Shown piece by piece: positions 25,242 through 37,599 of a stretch of DNA of 64,000 nt. The position numbers were made by a program, and so were the translations under genes. Below the pieces are notes generated by a model. That model did no database searches. It was not told where the DNA came from and was given only the letters and a program-made list of their open reading frames with translations. The stretch is from Paramecium tetraurelia. Taxonomy: Eukaryota. Location of the stretch: assembly GCA_000165425.1 (NCBI GenBank), contig CT868185.1:186001-250000 (forward strand). Reading direction: 5' to 3'. The number at the start of each line of letters is the position of its first letter. Positions within the stretch are counted from its first letter, which is position 1.

Positions 25242-26332
25242 TCAAATGTTACTATCAATTTACGATGAAAGAGATTGCTGAGTTATGAATGATTTCAATT
25301 TTGGGACAATCTGCTATTGCTTCATTGGACTGGAATTGTAATCAAAATATTCAAAGTATTCATGACTCAAAGCTTACTCAATATTGATCTATTGATCCAA
25401 TTTAGTCTGTATCAAACCCTACACAAGAGAGTTCCCATAATCAGGAATCGACATTGAATCCTTACTTACAGAATTGTACTGATATCTAATTCAGTTATTA
25501 AATCATACAATTTGATCATGGCATTCCCAGCCATATTCAACATCAAGGAATTTAAGATAGCATTCTCTTCGGTTAGCTACTCTGCATGATCAAATCCAAT
25601 GAGTCTGCAATTTTACTCTTTGTCTATCAAAATATTCTATAAAGTTATTTGCGAATGAAAAATCCTATTCGATATTAACACTTTAATACAGCATAAAATA
25701 TCCTAATATATAATTTAATATACAAACATCATCGATTATATGTCTTCATGACTCAAACCATGGTAATGTACCCTACTCATCTCTTCAAAAATCAAATAAT
25801 ATGAATTAGATGACTCGAAGAAATCTATTATCCGAGCAACATTCTTGAAATCGACTAATTTACGCAAAATAAATAATTGCTCGTAGATTTTATACTTTTC
25901 AACTTGTTATTTTTTATAACACTTACAAAAGTACATTTTCTCATCCAATTTACTCTTAAGTGTGCATGTCTAAAATATTACATTCGCTCATACTTTAGCT
26001 ATTCCTGATTGTTATATAATTATAACATTATCATAAATTTCTCGAATACCGACATACGTTGCTTTGCAATCCAAATGTTTCTTAAGAATAAGAAGGTCCT
26101 CATTTCCAGCCTAAATATTAATTTATTGAAAATGCAATGAGATCAGTTTGTTCTCCTGACATTTCCACTTTAACATTAGTTTTAAGGATATATCTATTTC
26201 ATAGCATTGTGTATTCAAAAGTAGGTTTATTTTATTTTATGTGAATTACAACCTTGCTTAATTTGAGTATTGATCTGATTGTTGGAAAGAGATTAAACAT
26301 TAAAAAGAGTGTATAATCTCCATATCTATCAT
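25242..26332 (-). CDS. Divergent protein-kinase-fold protein, probable pseudokinase
   Basis: YFCKCY, NVARIIDFFESSNSYYLIFE, IFHSQITLQNILID (no HRD), RLIGFD (no DFG), QQINIEQALSHEYF; three short introns. Confidence 0.75.
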
Positions 26333-26497
26333 TATTAATTAAATGAAATTTAAATACATTCAGATTTATAAATTTTGCAAGCTATTATTGAATAATAAAT
26401 TTCTCAGACCTAATTGAAATATCACTTGACTGAAAAGTCAAGTTTGAAATTATGTAAAATTATAACTAATTATATATATAATTTATTATTCCATCCC

Positions 26498-27996
26498 TCA
26501 TAAAGTCGATGCCAAATTCTAATACCCCAATCCATGGTTGAATACAAGTGTCTTCTACAATGATCTCTTTAGCATTGCTATCAATATAACTCACATCTAC
26601 ATACAATAATTGACATAAAACTATTATCTTTTTTATTTAACTAATTCGATTGCTTCTTTTAAATCATACTTCAGAATTGAACTCAAGTACAGTACTACTA
26701 TCGAAGGAGCCCTCCATATCCCAGCAGTACAATGGACATAAACATATTCATATTCATTAATTAACTTCCTTAGAATTTACACAGCCTTATTTGATTTTTT
26801 TTCAAAATCCTCTGCATCCATATCAAAGATCTAATAGTTTTTCATCACTATTTTCTAACGCTTATAAGCATCCACAATCTACTCCCAGTTCACTCCCCTA
26901 TGAAACATGTCTAGCCGAGTTTATAGGTTGAGAACTGCCTTCACCTATTTCTATTTCAACATTAGGATGTCCTATTCATTTTGAGGATAAGGACCAATCA
27001 TGATGTTTTCATTGATTTCATACGTTTAGAATTGAACTACAAAATTCCAATCCAATTTATTCAACCTCCCAAACTCTTCATAATAAAAGAATGAAGGCTC
27101 CTTGTCTGCAAATTAATATCCCTAATTATTGAGTTTCATCTTTGATTTTGGTATCTTAGTTGCCTAAAATGAGCCGTTCCTCTTTTGTGTCCTTGACTCA
27201 AAAGCTGTATAGATTTGAGTTTTGACTTTGATAGGATGGAGTGCAAATTGGTCAAGGACTTATCTGATTGAAGAAAGATCAGCAGTTTTAAGGTAACGGC
27301 CATTCCCTCTCTCCCAAATCATGTTGCCAGACTCATCGTTACGAATCACGTAATAGTATCGGAAATAAAAGTTTAGAGGATTTACAATGAATGAAATGGA
27401 CCATTGTTGAATAGGCTCTTATGTTACTATATCAGAATTATGAATTGAGTTATACATATATCAATCTTCTATTGTTACTTCATTAAAACAGGTGTTTTCC
27501 AAGACCCAATCTCTGGGATTGAACCTATAATCATCATCCGTTCTCCAGGCTATAAATTGTGATTAAGTTTCAATTTAATTGTTCGAAATCCCCAATACTC
27601 CTCTATAATCATTTAAATAACTATTACAATTAAAGTACTCCCCTTTCTTGCCATTCAATAATAAATGCTTTGTAATTATGCGATTTTCCCCTGGTTCCCA
27701 TAATTCTTTTTAGGGAGATGGATTATTATAATCATTCAAAAGGAATTTATATTCAAAAGTTTTGCAAATTCTGGGCAATTTTAGACAGGTTGTCCATTCA
27801 TTATTCTTTTTGAGCTTCAATACTATACCTGATTCCATTAGAGTCTAATTGCTTTAGTAGAATCCCAAATTCCCAATCGTTCATCGTCTCCACATAAGTA
27901 AATTGCTTATCCATATTCCGCATTGTAATGAATCTTAAAGTATATTTTAACAACTCGAATATCTGTAAAGGATGCGTTAGTGGATATTGAGTTCAT
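26498..27996 (-). CDS. Laforin-like glucan phosphatase: CBM20-CBM20-dual-specificity phosphatase
   Basis: CBM20a: YNAEYGQAIYLCGDDERLGIWD..FEYKF..WEPGENR. CBM20b: IIGSIPEIGSW..YYYVI..WERGNGR. DSP: VLNLQT..IFDMD..YVHCTAGIWRAP (26711-26734). Confidence 0.88.
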
Positions 27997-28078
27997 TAAA
28001 AAATAATTAAAAAATTCAATACCACCAAAATAATATTCTAAAATGAGATGAAGGATTTTGAATTATTAATAGTATAAA

Positions 28079-29697
28079 TCAATGAGTTGTAAGGTATTCC
28101 TTCCTTGTGGATAAGTATTCAACTATTTGCTTTGGGGATAACCTTTTCTCTGGATCCAAATTTAACATTTCTTTCAAGACAAATCGTATTTAATTATCTA
28201 TTTTAATACCTAATTGATTATTTTATTATATTATACCAGAATAATTTTTATCAATATAACTATCTAAATTTTAAATAACTTCCATCTGACGATCAATAAT
28301 CTTATCAAAAACTCTACCCTTAACAGCAAATAATCCATAATCGATAATTTCTTTTCCATTTTTGGTGACAATAGTTTTAAGACTCATCCAGAGTGGGATT
28401 CCTGAGATGATCTCAAGTACCACACAACCAAGAGACCAAACATCAATGACCCAAGGTTTCTTGTAATTTTTTAGGTATTTCATTAAACAAGGACGGTAAT
28501 TCATCTAATTTTCATATAAGATATAGTTGAGTATTTCTGGACACATATATCTAGAATATAATAAATGAGTTACTCTGGTGTGGCCATGGAAAACTATTTC
28601 AAATCATCAAAAGGGAAACTGCTGCCATAATCGATCAATTTAATTTAGGTTAGTTCATGTAAATCGTTCTCATTTTTGATTTTCTTAACAAGAATGTTTT
28701 CAGTCTTAAGATCAGAATGAACTATTCTTTAATCCTGTAATAGATCAAGAGCCTAGGCTAATTCTCGGATGAGTTTTTTGAGTTCTGTTAAATCTTTTCT
28801 GAAAGTGTTATAGAGAGGTTTGAGTGTTAACTAAAATAGAATGAGGTGGATAAATACCCTGTACATGCGTTCGTTATTAACATTTTTTCCTTTGAGATCA
28901 TAAAGATGATTTCCAAGACTTTCACCACAGATTTCTTAGAAGATCCAAGTGTCTTGAGGTTTGATGTCGTAAGTCAAGAAGCGTACTAAATTTTTGCAAC
29001 CTGGAAAATTGGAGAATTGCTTTTTAGGCTGGCCATCTTAGAAGAAATGAATGCCAAACCAGATTTCCTTCATATGGGATTGATGAGTGTTAGTAGAGAG
29101 GATCTATTTGATGGCAAATTTTTCTTTGGTTCTTTTATGTTCTCCTAACCATACCAATGAAAAGCCTCCTCTGCCAAGCAACTTCTTCTTTTCAAAATGT
29201 TGAGGGAATCGATCCCCGAATTATTACCATTCATCTTCGGACATATCCCACAAAATCTTAGGATGCACATTCTGATTTTATTATTTGTTTATTCTATTTT
29301 GTGAATCTAAGGAAGCATAACGATCCTAGCTCTTTTGTTGTGGAGTAGCATTGCTTAACGAACGTTGTTTTGGTAGAATATTCTTCTCCTTCATTTTAGC
29401 CAGAACCATTCTTTGATAGGTCTCCAACTCCGAGTCGACTTCAGTTTTCTAAACTTTGCTTAAATACCTTACTATTGGTTTGACTTCAAAGCGTTGTGGC
29501 TTAAACTTTTTGCTCCCCTTGCTTGTTCTAATAGTTAGCACAGAATCAAAGTCGAATTTCGTAAGTTTCCTTGAAATGTTAGTCTTGGTATCATTTTCTG
29601 TCAAGACCCTACGACCTGGGTCTTGAGATTAGAGACGAGGTCGCATGTAAATTTATCTGTGATATGGACTCTCATTTGTTATTACTCTCTAATGCAT
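28079..29697 (-). CDS. Ser/Thr protein kinase, CMGC/DYRK-like
   Basis: LGRGGFSLV, FAIKQI, IVHSDLKTENIL, LIDYGSS, TPEYMCPE, IDVWSLGC, DPEKRLSP. Confidence 0.88.
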
Positions 29698-29769
29698 TAT
29701 AACAGTTTTTGAATATATATATATATAAATAAATACAGGGAAGAGTACTGCGTCATTTTTAAATATTTA

Positions 29770-32735
29770 ATGCTTAGATCCATAAGATTAATACAACGTG
29801 TGGCTAATTTCAGCAGGTTGGCCAATCCTCATGAAGTGAATCCCAAGGTCCCAGACTGGTTCAAGTCAAGTGACTACATGGTATACCTTCTGTTGAAATA
29901 TAGGAACCACGCTTTATAGGCTCCGAGTCACAATAGGTGAATGAGATGTTGAAAGCCGTGGAAGCCAAATCACTAGACGAGCTTGTGGATAAAATAATCC
30001 CCAAAGAAATCCGCAGCGAGGCAGCCTTTTAAAGTCCAGACAATTTTCCTGATGCCATCCCAGAATCAGCCATGGTCTAACATCTCCAATCGTTAGCCAA
30101 TAAGAACAAGCTTTACAAAAACTATATAGGCCAAGGCTTTTATGGTACTCACACACCATATGTCATCTTGAGGAACGTACTTGAAGACCCAGGATGGTAT
30201 ACATCCTATACTCCCTATTAAGCTGAGATTTCTTAGGGGAGACTTGAGGCACTCCTCAACTATCAGACAGTGATCACTGAATTAACTGGTATGGATGTAT
30301 CTAATGCCTCATTATTGGATGAAGCTACTGCTGCAGGAGAAGCAATGTTCTTGGCAAATTCTTGGTTTGAGAAGAAGAAATTCTTTGTAGACAACCATGT
30401 ATTTCCATAGAGCATTGACCATATCAAGACCAAAGCTTATTATTTAGGAATTGATATCGTTGTTGGAGATGCCAAAACTTATGACTTCAAAGATGCCGAT
30501 CAATATTGTGGAGTTTTGGTGCAATCACCAGATAATCTAGGAGAAGTCCATGACTGGAGTGATCTTTTCAAGCACACACTCAAAGATGCCAAACTCTTAA
30601 AAGTCATTGGAACAGACTTACTGAGTTTGGCTATCAACAAAACACCCAAAGATTAAGGAGCAAATGTTACATATGGAAATTCATAAAGATTTGGTGTACC
30701 TATGGGTTTTGGTGGACCACACGCTGCTTTCTTTGCAGTTGAAGACGAATTCAAAAGAAAAATGCCAGGACGTATCATTGGTATTTCCAAGGATGCCAAT
30801 GGAAAATCAGCCTATAGAATGTCATTGCAAACCAGAGAATAACACATCAGAAGAGAAAAGGCCACCTCCAATATCTGTACAGCTCAAGCATTATTGGCTA
30901 ATATGGCTGGCTTTTATGCAACTTACCATGGTCCATAGGGATTACAGAAGATAGCAAATAGAGTCAATTGTTTGGCTAGAAGCTTTGCTAAATTGGCAAA
31001 AAGTCTGGGATTAGTTGTTAAGGAAGGAAGGATCTTTGATACAGTAGTATTACACAATACAGAAACCTTGTAAGAGTATTTGCATTATAATGCCTAAACT
31101 AATGTCAGGAAAATTGGATAAGATACCATCTTTAGTTTTGATGAGACTCACACTGTCTAAGATGTAGAAGATCTATTCAACCATCTTCAACATTACACAA
31201 AGAAAAAGGCAGATTTTATGTCAGTCATTCAGAAAGTAATTCCATATAAATCTGAAAGAGCACCCTTTTTGTAATAGAAGGTGTTCAATTCATTACATAG
31301 TGAAACTGAAATGTTGAGATACATCAACTATTTAAGATAAAAAGATGTCTCATTAACTAAGTCTATGATTTCATTAGGTAGTTGTACTATGAAATTGAAT
31401 CCAACCTCTTTCATGTTGCCTGTCTCATTCTAAGGATTCTCCCAATTGCATCCATTTTCCCCTTTGTCTTGTACTTAAGGCTATTAAGAATTGACAGAAA
31501 ATGTTGAAAAATGGTTATGCGATATTACACAATTGGAAGCTGTGTCCTTAATGCCTAACAGTGGTGCCTAAGGAGAATACACAGGTTTATTATGCATCAG
31601 AAAATATCACATCATGAATGGACAAAAAGATAGAAATATTTGTTTAATTCCAATATCTGCTCATGGTACTAATCCTGCTTCAGCTGTTCTTGCTGGATTA
31701 ACTGTTGTACCAGTTAATGTGGTAGACGGTTATGTTGATTTGAATGATTTGAATAAGAAAATCAAAGAAAATGAAAAGTCTTTGGCATGCATTATGATTA
31801 CATATCCATCAACTTATGGAGTCTATGAAGATCAAACAAAGAAGATTATTTAATTGATTCATGAGCATGGAGGATTAGTGTATATGGATGGAGCCAATAT
31901 GAATGCCTAGGTTGGATACACATCTCCTGGATATTTGGGAGCTGATGTTTGCCACTTGAATCTCCATAAGACATTCTCCATCCCACATGGAGGAGGTGGT
32001 CCTGGATTAGGTCCTATTGCTGTTAATAAGAAATTGGCACCATATCTTCCAGGCAGAGAACATTCCTTAGGAAGTGTAGCTTCATCCTTATTTAGTTCTG
32101 CATCAATACTCCCAATCCCATATAGTTATTTTGGACAACTAGGAAGACAAGGCGCAAAGAAATGCACAGCTATGGCTATGTTAAATGCTAATTACTTAAT
32201 GAAGAGTTTAAAAGATGATTACAAAGTTTTATTTACTGGATAGAATGGAATGTGTGCTCATGAATTCATTATTGATATCAGACCTATCAAATAAGAAAGT
32301 GGAATCACCGAAGAAGACATTGCAAAAAGACTTATGGATTATGGATTCCATGCTCCTACTATGTCATTCCCAGTCCCAGGAACACTTATGATTGAACCCA
32401 CTGAAAGTGAATCTAAGTATAATTTTATATTAATTAATAGGTCAGAATTAGATAGATTCATTGAAGCTATGAAGAACATTAAATTAGAAATTGAGAAGGT
32501 CAAAAATGGATAGTATGATAAAAATGATAATCCATTGAAAAATGCTCCTCACACTTAGGATTAAGTAATCAATAGTGGTTGGAGTCATAAATACTCTAGA
32601 GAAGAAGCTGCCTTCCCATTGCCTTATGTCCTTCAAAGAGGCAAGGTATGGCCAACAGTGAGCAGAATTAATAATGCTTTTGGAGATAGAAATCTTATAT
32701 GTTAATGTCCATCTGTTTCAGATTACCAATAATGA
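29770..32735 (+). CDS. GLDC: Glycine dehydrogenase (decarboxylating), glycine cleavage system P-protein, mitochondrial (972 aa)
   Basis: Arg-rich presequence [58 protein letters not shown] lysine [30 protein letters not shown]. Introns of 23 and 24 nt. Confidence 0.97.
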
Positions 32736-32750
32736 TATATCTAAATTTGT

Positions 32751-33273
32751 TCAAAATTATTCGATGTCTGCTATTGGATTTGCATGTATGGTTGTTTTGA
32801 AAATTTTGATCTCATTCAGTGCTTTGTAATTATTATCTACTGTTTCCTTCTCCATTAAATCCAGGGCCTCCCATCCATAGATAACTTTGCCAAAAGCAGT
32901 ATATAGACCATTCAAGTGATTCTGCTTTGAATAGGTAATAAAAAATTGTGATTAGTTGGTATCTTTTCCTGCATTTGCCATTGAAACTATTCCGCGTCTA
33001 TCATGTTTAATTTCTGGAACAATTTCATCTTCAAAATATTTTCCATAAATACATTCCCCTCCCTTACCAGTACCTAAAATATTGAATATTTTTATAATTA
33101 CCTGTTGGATCACCTCCTTAAATGATAAATCCTGGAATGTTTCTATGAAAAATTGTATTATCATAAAATTTCTTAGCACACAATGCTAGAAAGTTTTTAC
33201 AAGTTTTTGGGGTTAATTCACAAAATAATTCCAACTTAATATCTCCATGACTAGTATGCAAAGTGACAGACAT
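32751..33273 (-). CDS. PPIL3: Cyclophilin-type peptidyl-prolyl isomerase, PPIL3-like
   Basis: [81 protein letters not shown]; one intron. Confidence 0.92.
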
Positions 33274-33345
33274 TTTTAAATTATTTAATATATATTATGT
33301 AATTTATTATTCATATAAGTTTAGATATAATAACTATATAAAATA

Positions 33346-35617
33346 TCAGCCATTCTTTTCTTCCTAAGTTGGCTTATTTATTTACTAACTTTACTAATCA
33401 ACATCTTCTTTTTTCTATTTTTATATCTCATTCTCATTTACTAATACACTATTTATTTGTTATTAAATAATTTAGCATTATTATTTCTGTAATTTATTAA
33501 GTCCATTTCTACCTTCCATCATAGACGATACATTATATTGCTGGAATATTTAAATTATTTAAAGAAATTATAATATTTATAATTCATTATTAAACAGAAG
33601 ATTGTCTTCTAGGTTGTTTTGATGATTGTGAAGGTGCCACTATGTTATGTGAAATCAATAGCATAGGATTAAATAAGAGTGATTATCTAAGCTATTTGAC
33701 CCCATTTATTATTGATTCTCTATCTAAAATTTAGTTTGAAGTTGTCGATTAGTTTCTATACAAATACTCTTTGTTAAACTTGATTTATTGTTCTTATAAA
33801 TAATAATACCTATGGATTATGTAGGATTATACAAGATTTGGGTCTAACTTAAATTCTGGGAATATTTCATAAGCAATGTACTTACCTAGTGAATCAACAT
33901 CAGGCACATTAAAATTCTGTAATTTATTCTCAAATAAAGTCTTAGATTGTTTTGACAATTCTGTTGCATAAATAGATAATAAATGTAACATAGTTATATC
34001 CTTTCTAGTATCAAAGATTTATTATAATTGAGCCTAAATTTGAAATTAAGAGAAATATGTTTCTAAAAATGGTTTGCTTATACTGAACATCAAAGTGGAT
34101 TTTCCATAATTTAAATTTAACTTAACAATTTTATGTTTCAAATTTTCATCCTCCATTTCAATTTATAATTTAATTTATTCTGGATTTTTTGAATGTTATT
34201 GCACATTCAAGATCTAAGCATAAAATTCCTAATAAATCCTTTTTATTTGATTGATATAATAGATCTCTATTGTTTCTACTCCCTGAATATTAAAAAAAAT
34301 AGAACATAAATTATTTAATTGCACTGCAGCTTATGTTGCCTCTTCAAAAGGTTCAAGAATAGTGATGATATTCTTATAGAGTTCAGGAAACTTTTAATAA
34401 TAATCTATTAATTGTTGGCATGGACTTACCCTAGACTACTCCATCATCAGCACCTTATGTAATAATTCTAATTTATTGTCTTCCTCAACAACATAGGGAG
34501 GCTCATCATAGTATTGCATTAATTATCGAACACAGAATATTGGTACCCAGGGATGATCTGAAAACATTAAACTAAATGCCATATCTCCTGGTTATTAGGC
34601 AATCACATTCATTGCTAATCTATTTCTAATTTATGCCTAACATGTTTCCCTCTTATTTTTAGCAACATACGCTACATTAGTTAATTGCGAAACAAATTCT
34701 TCTTCATGTTTACTAAACTAAGATTCAAGTATCTTTAGATTTGCTTCCAATTCTTTTACATTTTTTTTTAATTTATAAGAGTCATCTCGACCTTCAGTTT
34801 TAATATCCTCATTAATTAATCTTTCCAACTCTGTTGCCTTAGCCAATATTTTCTCATAATTAGCTTATAATTCATAATACCTTTATTTTTCCTTCATAAT
34901 TGCTGTCTCAAACTCTTAGGTCATTTTTACTACTCTATTTTCAAAATTATGTACTTATGTTTTTGCATTTGATAACTTTTTTTATAATTTTGTCACTTAT
35001 TCAATAATATATTTGTTACTTCTATCCAAACTGAACTACATTGTTAAATCCAGCATAAAAACACAATATTTCCAGATATACTCTATACATTAAGATAATT
35101 TCTTATTTTGGGGGATTAAGAATTTAATGATGCTCTCTATGTCTCCATTAACTATTTCTATCAATTTCGGAATTGCTGTGATATTATATTTCTTGTAGGG
35201 ATTCAAATCATCAGCTACTCCTAGAATATTTGAATCATCTTTTTAAAACAAGGGTTCTATTATTTCTTAACTTATTTATTCAAGTGAACTAATTAATTGG
35301 TATTCTAATTCCTGTTATGTGATACGATGATGAAATTAATAACTATTCTGATAATGCTGTAAATTTATAGAGTTTATTATTTCTTTTGGCATGTATTATA
35401 AAGAATTAAGTATCAAATCATGAATTCTTTAATCTGAATCCGATGGCATGAATTCTTAAAGTTTTTGCTCTACTTTCCAATGTATTCTGCTAGTTCTTAT
35501 TTTCGGAGTACTTTTCACTTTATTTTAAGGAGTAGATAAATCGGGTACAGTTCTAACTAATTTGATCTAAGGGGTTGATTTTCCATTAGAAATTTTCCAC
35601 ACTGACTAGGTGAACAT
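33346..35617 (-). CDS. Uncharacterised ~750 aa protein with central coiled coil
   Basis: Long code-6 open frame starting MFTQSVWKIS and ending EEKNG-TGA; exact ends tentative. Confidence 0.6.
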
Positions 35618-35775
35618 TAATTAATTGATGTAATATTATTTATTATAAATATTTGATTAATTTATGCAGTTTGATCTATTATTAATTGAAAATCTGTCCA
35701 TTCAGTATAAATGAGTGATAATGCTGATCATAGATTAGACACTTTAGTATTATAATTTTGTTATTCTTATTTATC

Positions 35776-36289
35776 TCATTCATATTTCGGCTTAATGACA
35801 CCTACATTATTGTAATATTCATCATGAATTTGCGATCTGTCCGTATAAGTGTGAGCAAAAATAAATGCTGATCCAAAAACTAAGAATGAATATCACTTGA
35901 ATCTTTTCCAATTTGATTTTGTAAGTATCCTTACTTGAAAACAGCCTTGTTCTTAGGTCTAAAGAGAAAACATCTAAAAAATACTAATATTATGTTGGAA
36001 CTCAAGTAGTAGTTTGTCTGTAAAAATAGGAAACAGGAATAAACTAATCAAATATAAAGATTGTTACGTAGAATAAGCTAAAAACTATGCCGGATGCAGC
36101 GAAATTGAGAATCCATTCATACTTAAACGTGTTCAATTTATCAGCATAATGCATCTTTCTTTCACTTAGTGCTTCATTTATATAAAATTTATAGAGAGGT
36201 TGATCATAGAAGGACTTTTCCACCGTGGCGATATATCTCTTCTCTTGATCTTAATTTGGAATAGGCGGAATCTAATCTTCAAATCCCAT
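35776..36289 (-). pseudogene. Decaying gene for a small two-TM protein (two in-frame TGA, one frameshift)
   Basis: Frame MGFEDQIPPIP..EWILNFAASGIVFSLFY..RQTTT*VP (TGA at 36002-36004), a frameshift near 35915, then WKRFK*YSFLVFGSAFIFAHTY..KPKYE* (internal TGA at 35893-35895). Intron signals are still intact. Confidence 0.72.
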
Positions 36290-36498
36290 AGTATAAATTT
36301 TATTATTTTTAATATATCTCAATAGCCCATGATGAATGATTATTTCTCTTAGTCTATAGATTAGTGTTAGTACATTTCAAGAAGGTTATGACAGTGGAAT
36401 CTTAAATCTTAATTAACAAATTCTCATAGTGATTTTATCTTCAACTCTGAATTATATATTAAAATCAGCAAATTTATACTTAAAATTAATAAAATAAA

Positions 36499-37311
36499 TC
36501 ATTTATTTGAATAATCACTCCATCCACTTAGAGTTAGGTTCTGTTTTTAGGAATCATTATTAGTTTATCTTTGTTTTACTTTACTTTTTGGGACTATACT
36601 ATGATAATAATGATTAATTGTTTATTATCTGTTTGATGTTTAAGTGTAATTGTATGAATTTCTATTTATTTTCTATTAGACATGAGGTTAAATCACTGTT
36701 ATTAGAGTTTCTTACTTGAGCAATTTAAATTCTTCCAAATATTGACTCAATTGCATATCATTATAACGAAAAGAGGCTGGCTTCTGTTCTGTGTAATTGT
36801 TATTGCGTACATCAATAACAGGGGTTTCATTTGCTTTTTTAGTAATTAATCTTTATGTCTATGAGATTGGATTTACTAGTATTTCCTTTTGTGTAATTGG
36901 TTTAAGCTTTCCTAAACCTGACTGCCTCTGGAGAAACATGTTTTTGGAGTTTAAATCTAGGACTGTTGAGTTTCGGTTGAGAAGTTCTTTAGTTTTCTCG
37001 AGTTCTTTACTGAGTGGCTTCTGCAAGTTGCACTTCTGTAATTGAAGCTTATTGATTGAAATGTTTTGAGCTCGTATTAATTAGAGATTATAATTTTACT
37101 AGATTTAATATGTGGTTGGTCTAGGTATCCTATATGATATCTATTGATAGTATTAAGTTAATAGTCCTAAAGGTGAATATTAGGATTTAATTTAGCATTA
37201 GTTTTTCTCATTTTTTGATAATGACTAAATAGATTCTTATCATTAAATTCTTGATCAACCATTATGGACTAAATCTTATTAGTTAAAGCTTACTTAATCC
37301 TAGTTATTCAT
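36499..37311 (-). CDS. Uncharacterised small protein
   Basis: ATG37311, 25-nt intron after codon 6, probable end LSGWSDYSNK-TGA; internal splicing not fully resolved. Confidence 0.5.
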
Positions 37312-37599
37312 ATTATTTATAATCTATGGATATAAAGTAAAATAAATTTAATAGATGAACTAGTGAAAAAGTGCATTATAAGAATTACATGAGGGGAATA
37401 AAATGATAATAAAATATATATATTGAGGAGAGAATAAATATGAACATTAGTCGAATAATGGCAGCTACTTACTATTTTAGATAAAATAATTTTTTAAAGA
37501 ATGATCTAGATAAGAATGTTAATACATTTGCAGTATGCTATTAATCATTATACTTTAACTACATGATATATATGTACATTTTATAATATAGAGTAATCT

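Noticed and set aside
25242..29697. Pseudokinase, laforin-like phosphatase and kinase in tandem as a functional gene cluster
   Set aside because: Kinases are extremely abundant in ciliate genomes and nothing in the sequence links these genes; adjacency is expected by chance.
29914..30954. Listed ORFs 29914-30159 (-) and 30664-30954 (+)
   Set aside because: Antisense and off-frame shadows inside GLDC.
35893..36004. In-frame TGAs as selenocysteine or Trp recoding
   Set aside because: No redox-motif context and no SECIS recognised, and a frameshift co-occurs; pseudogenisation is simpler.
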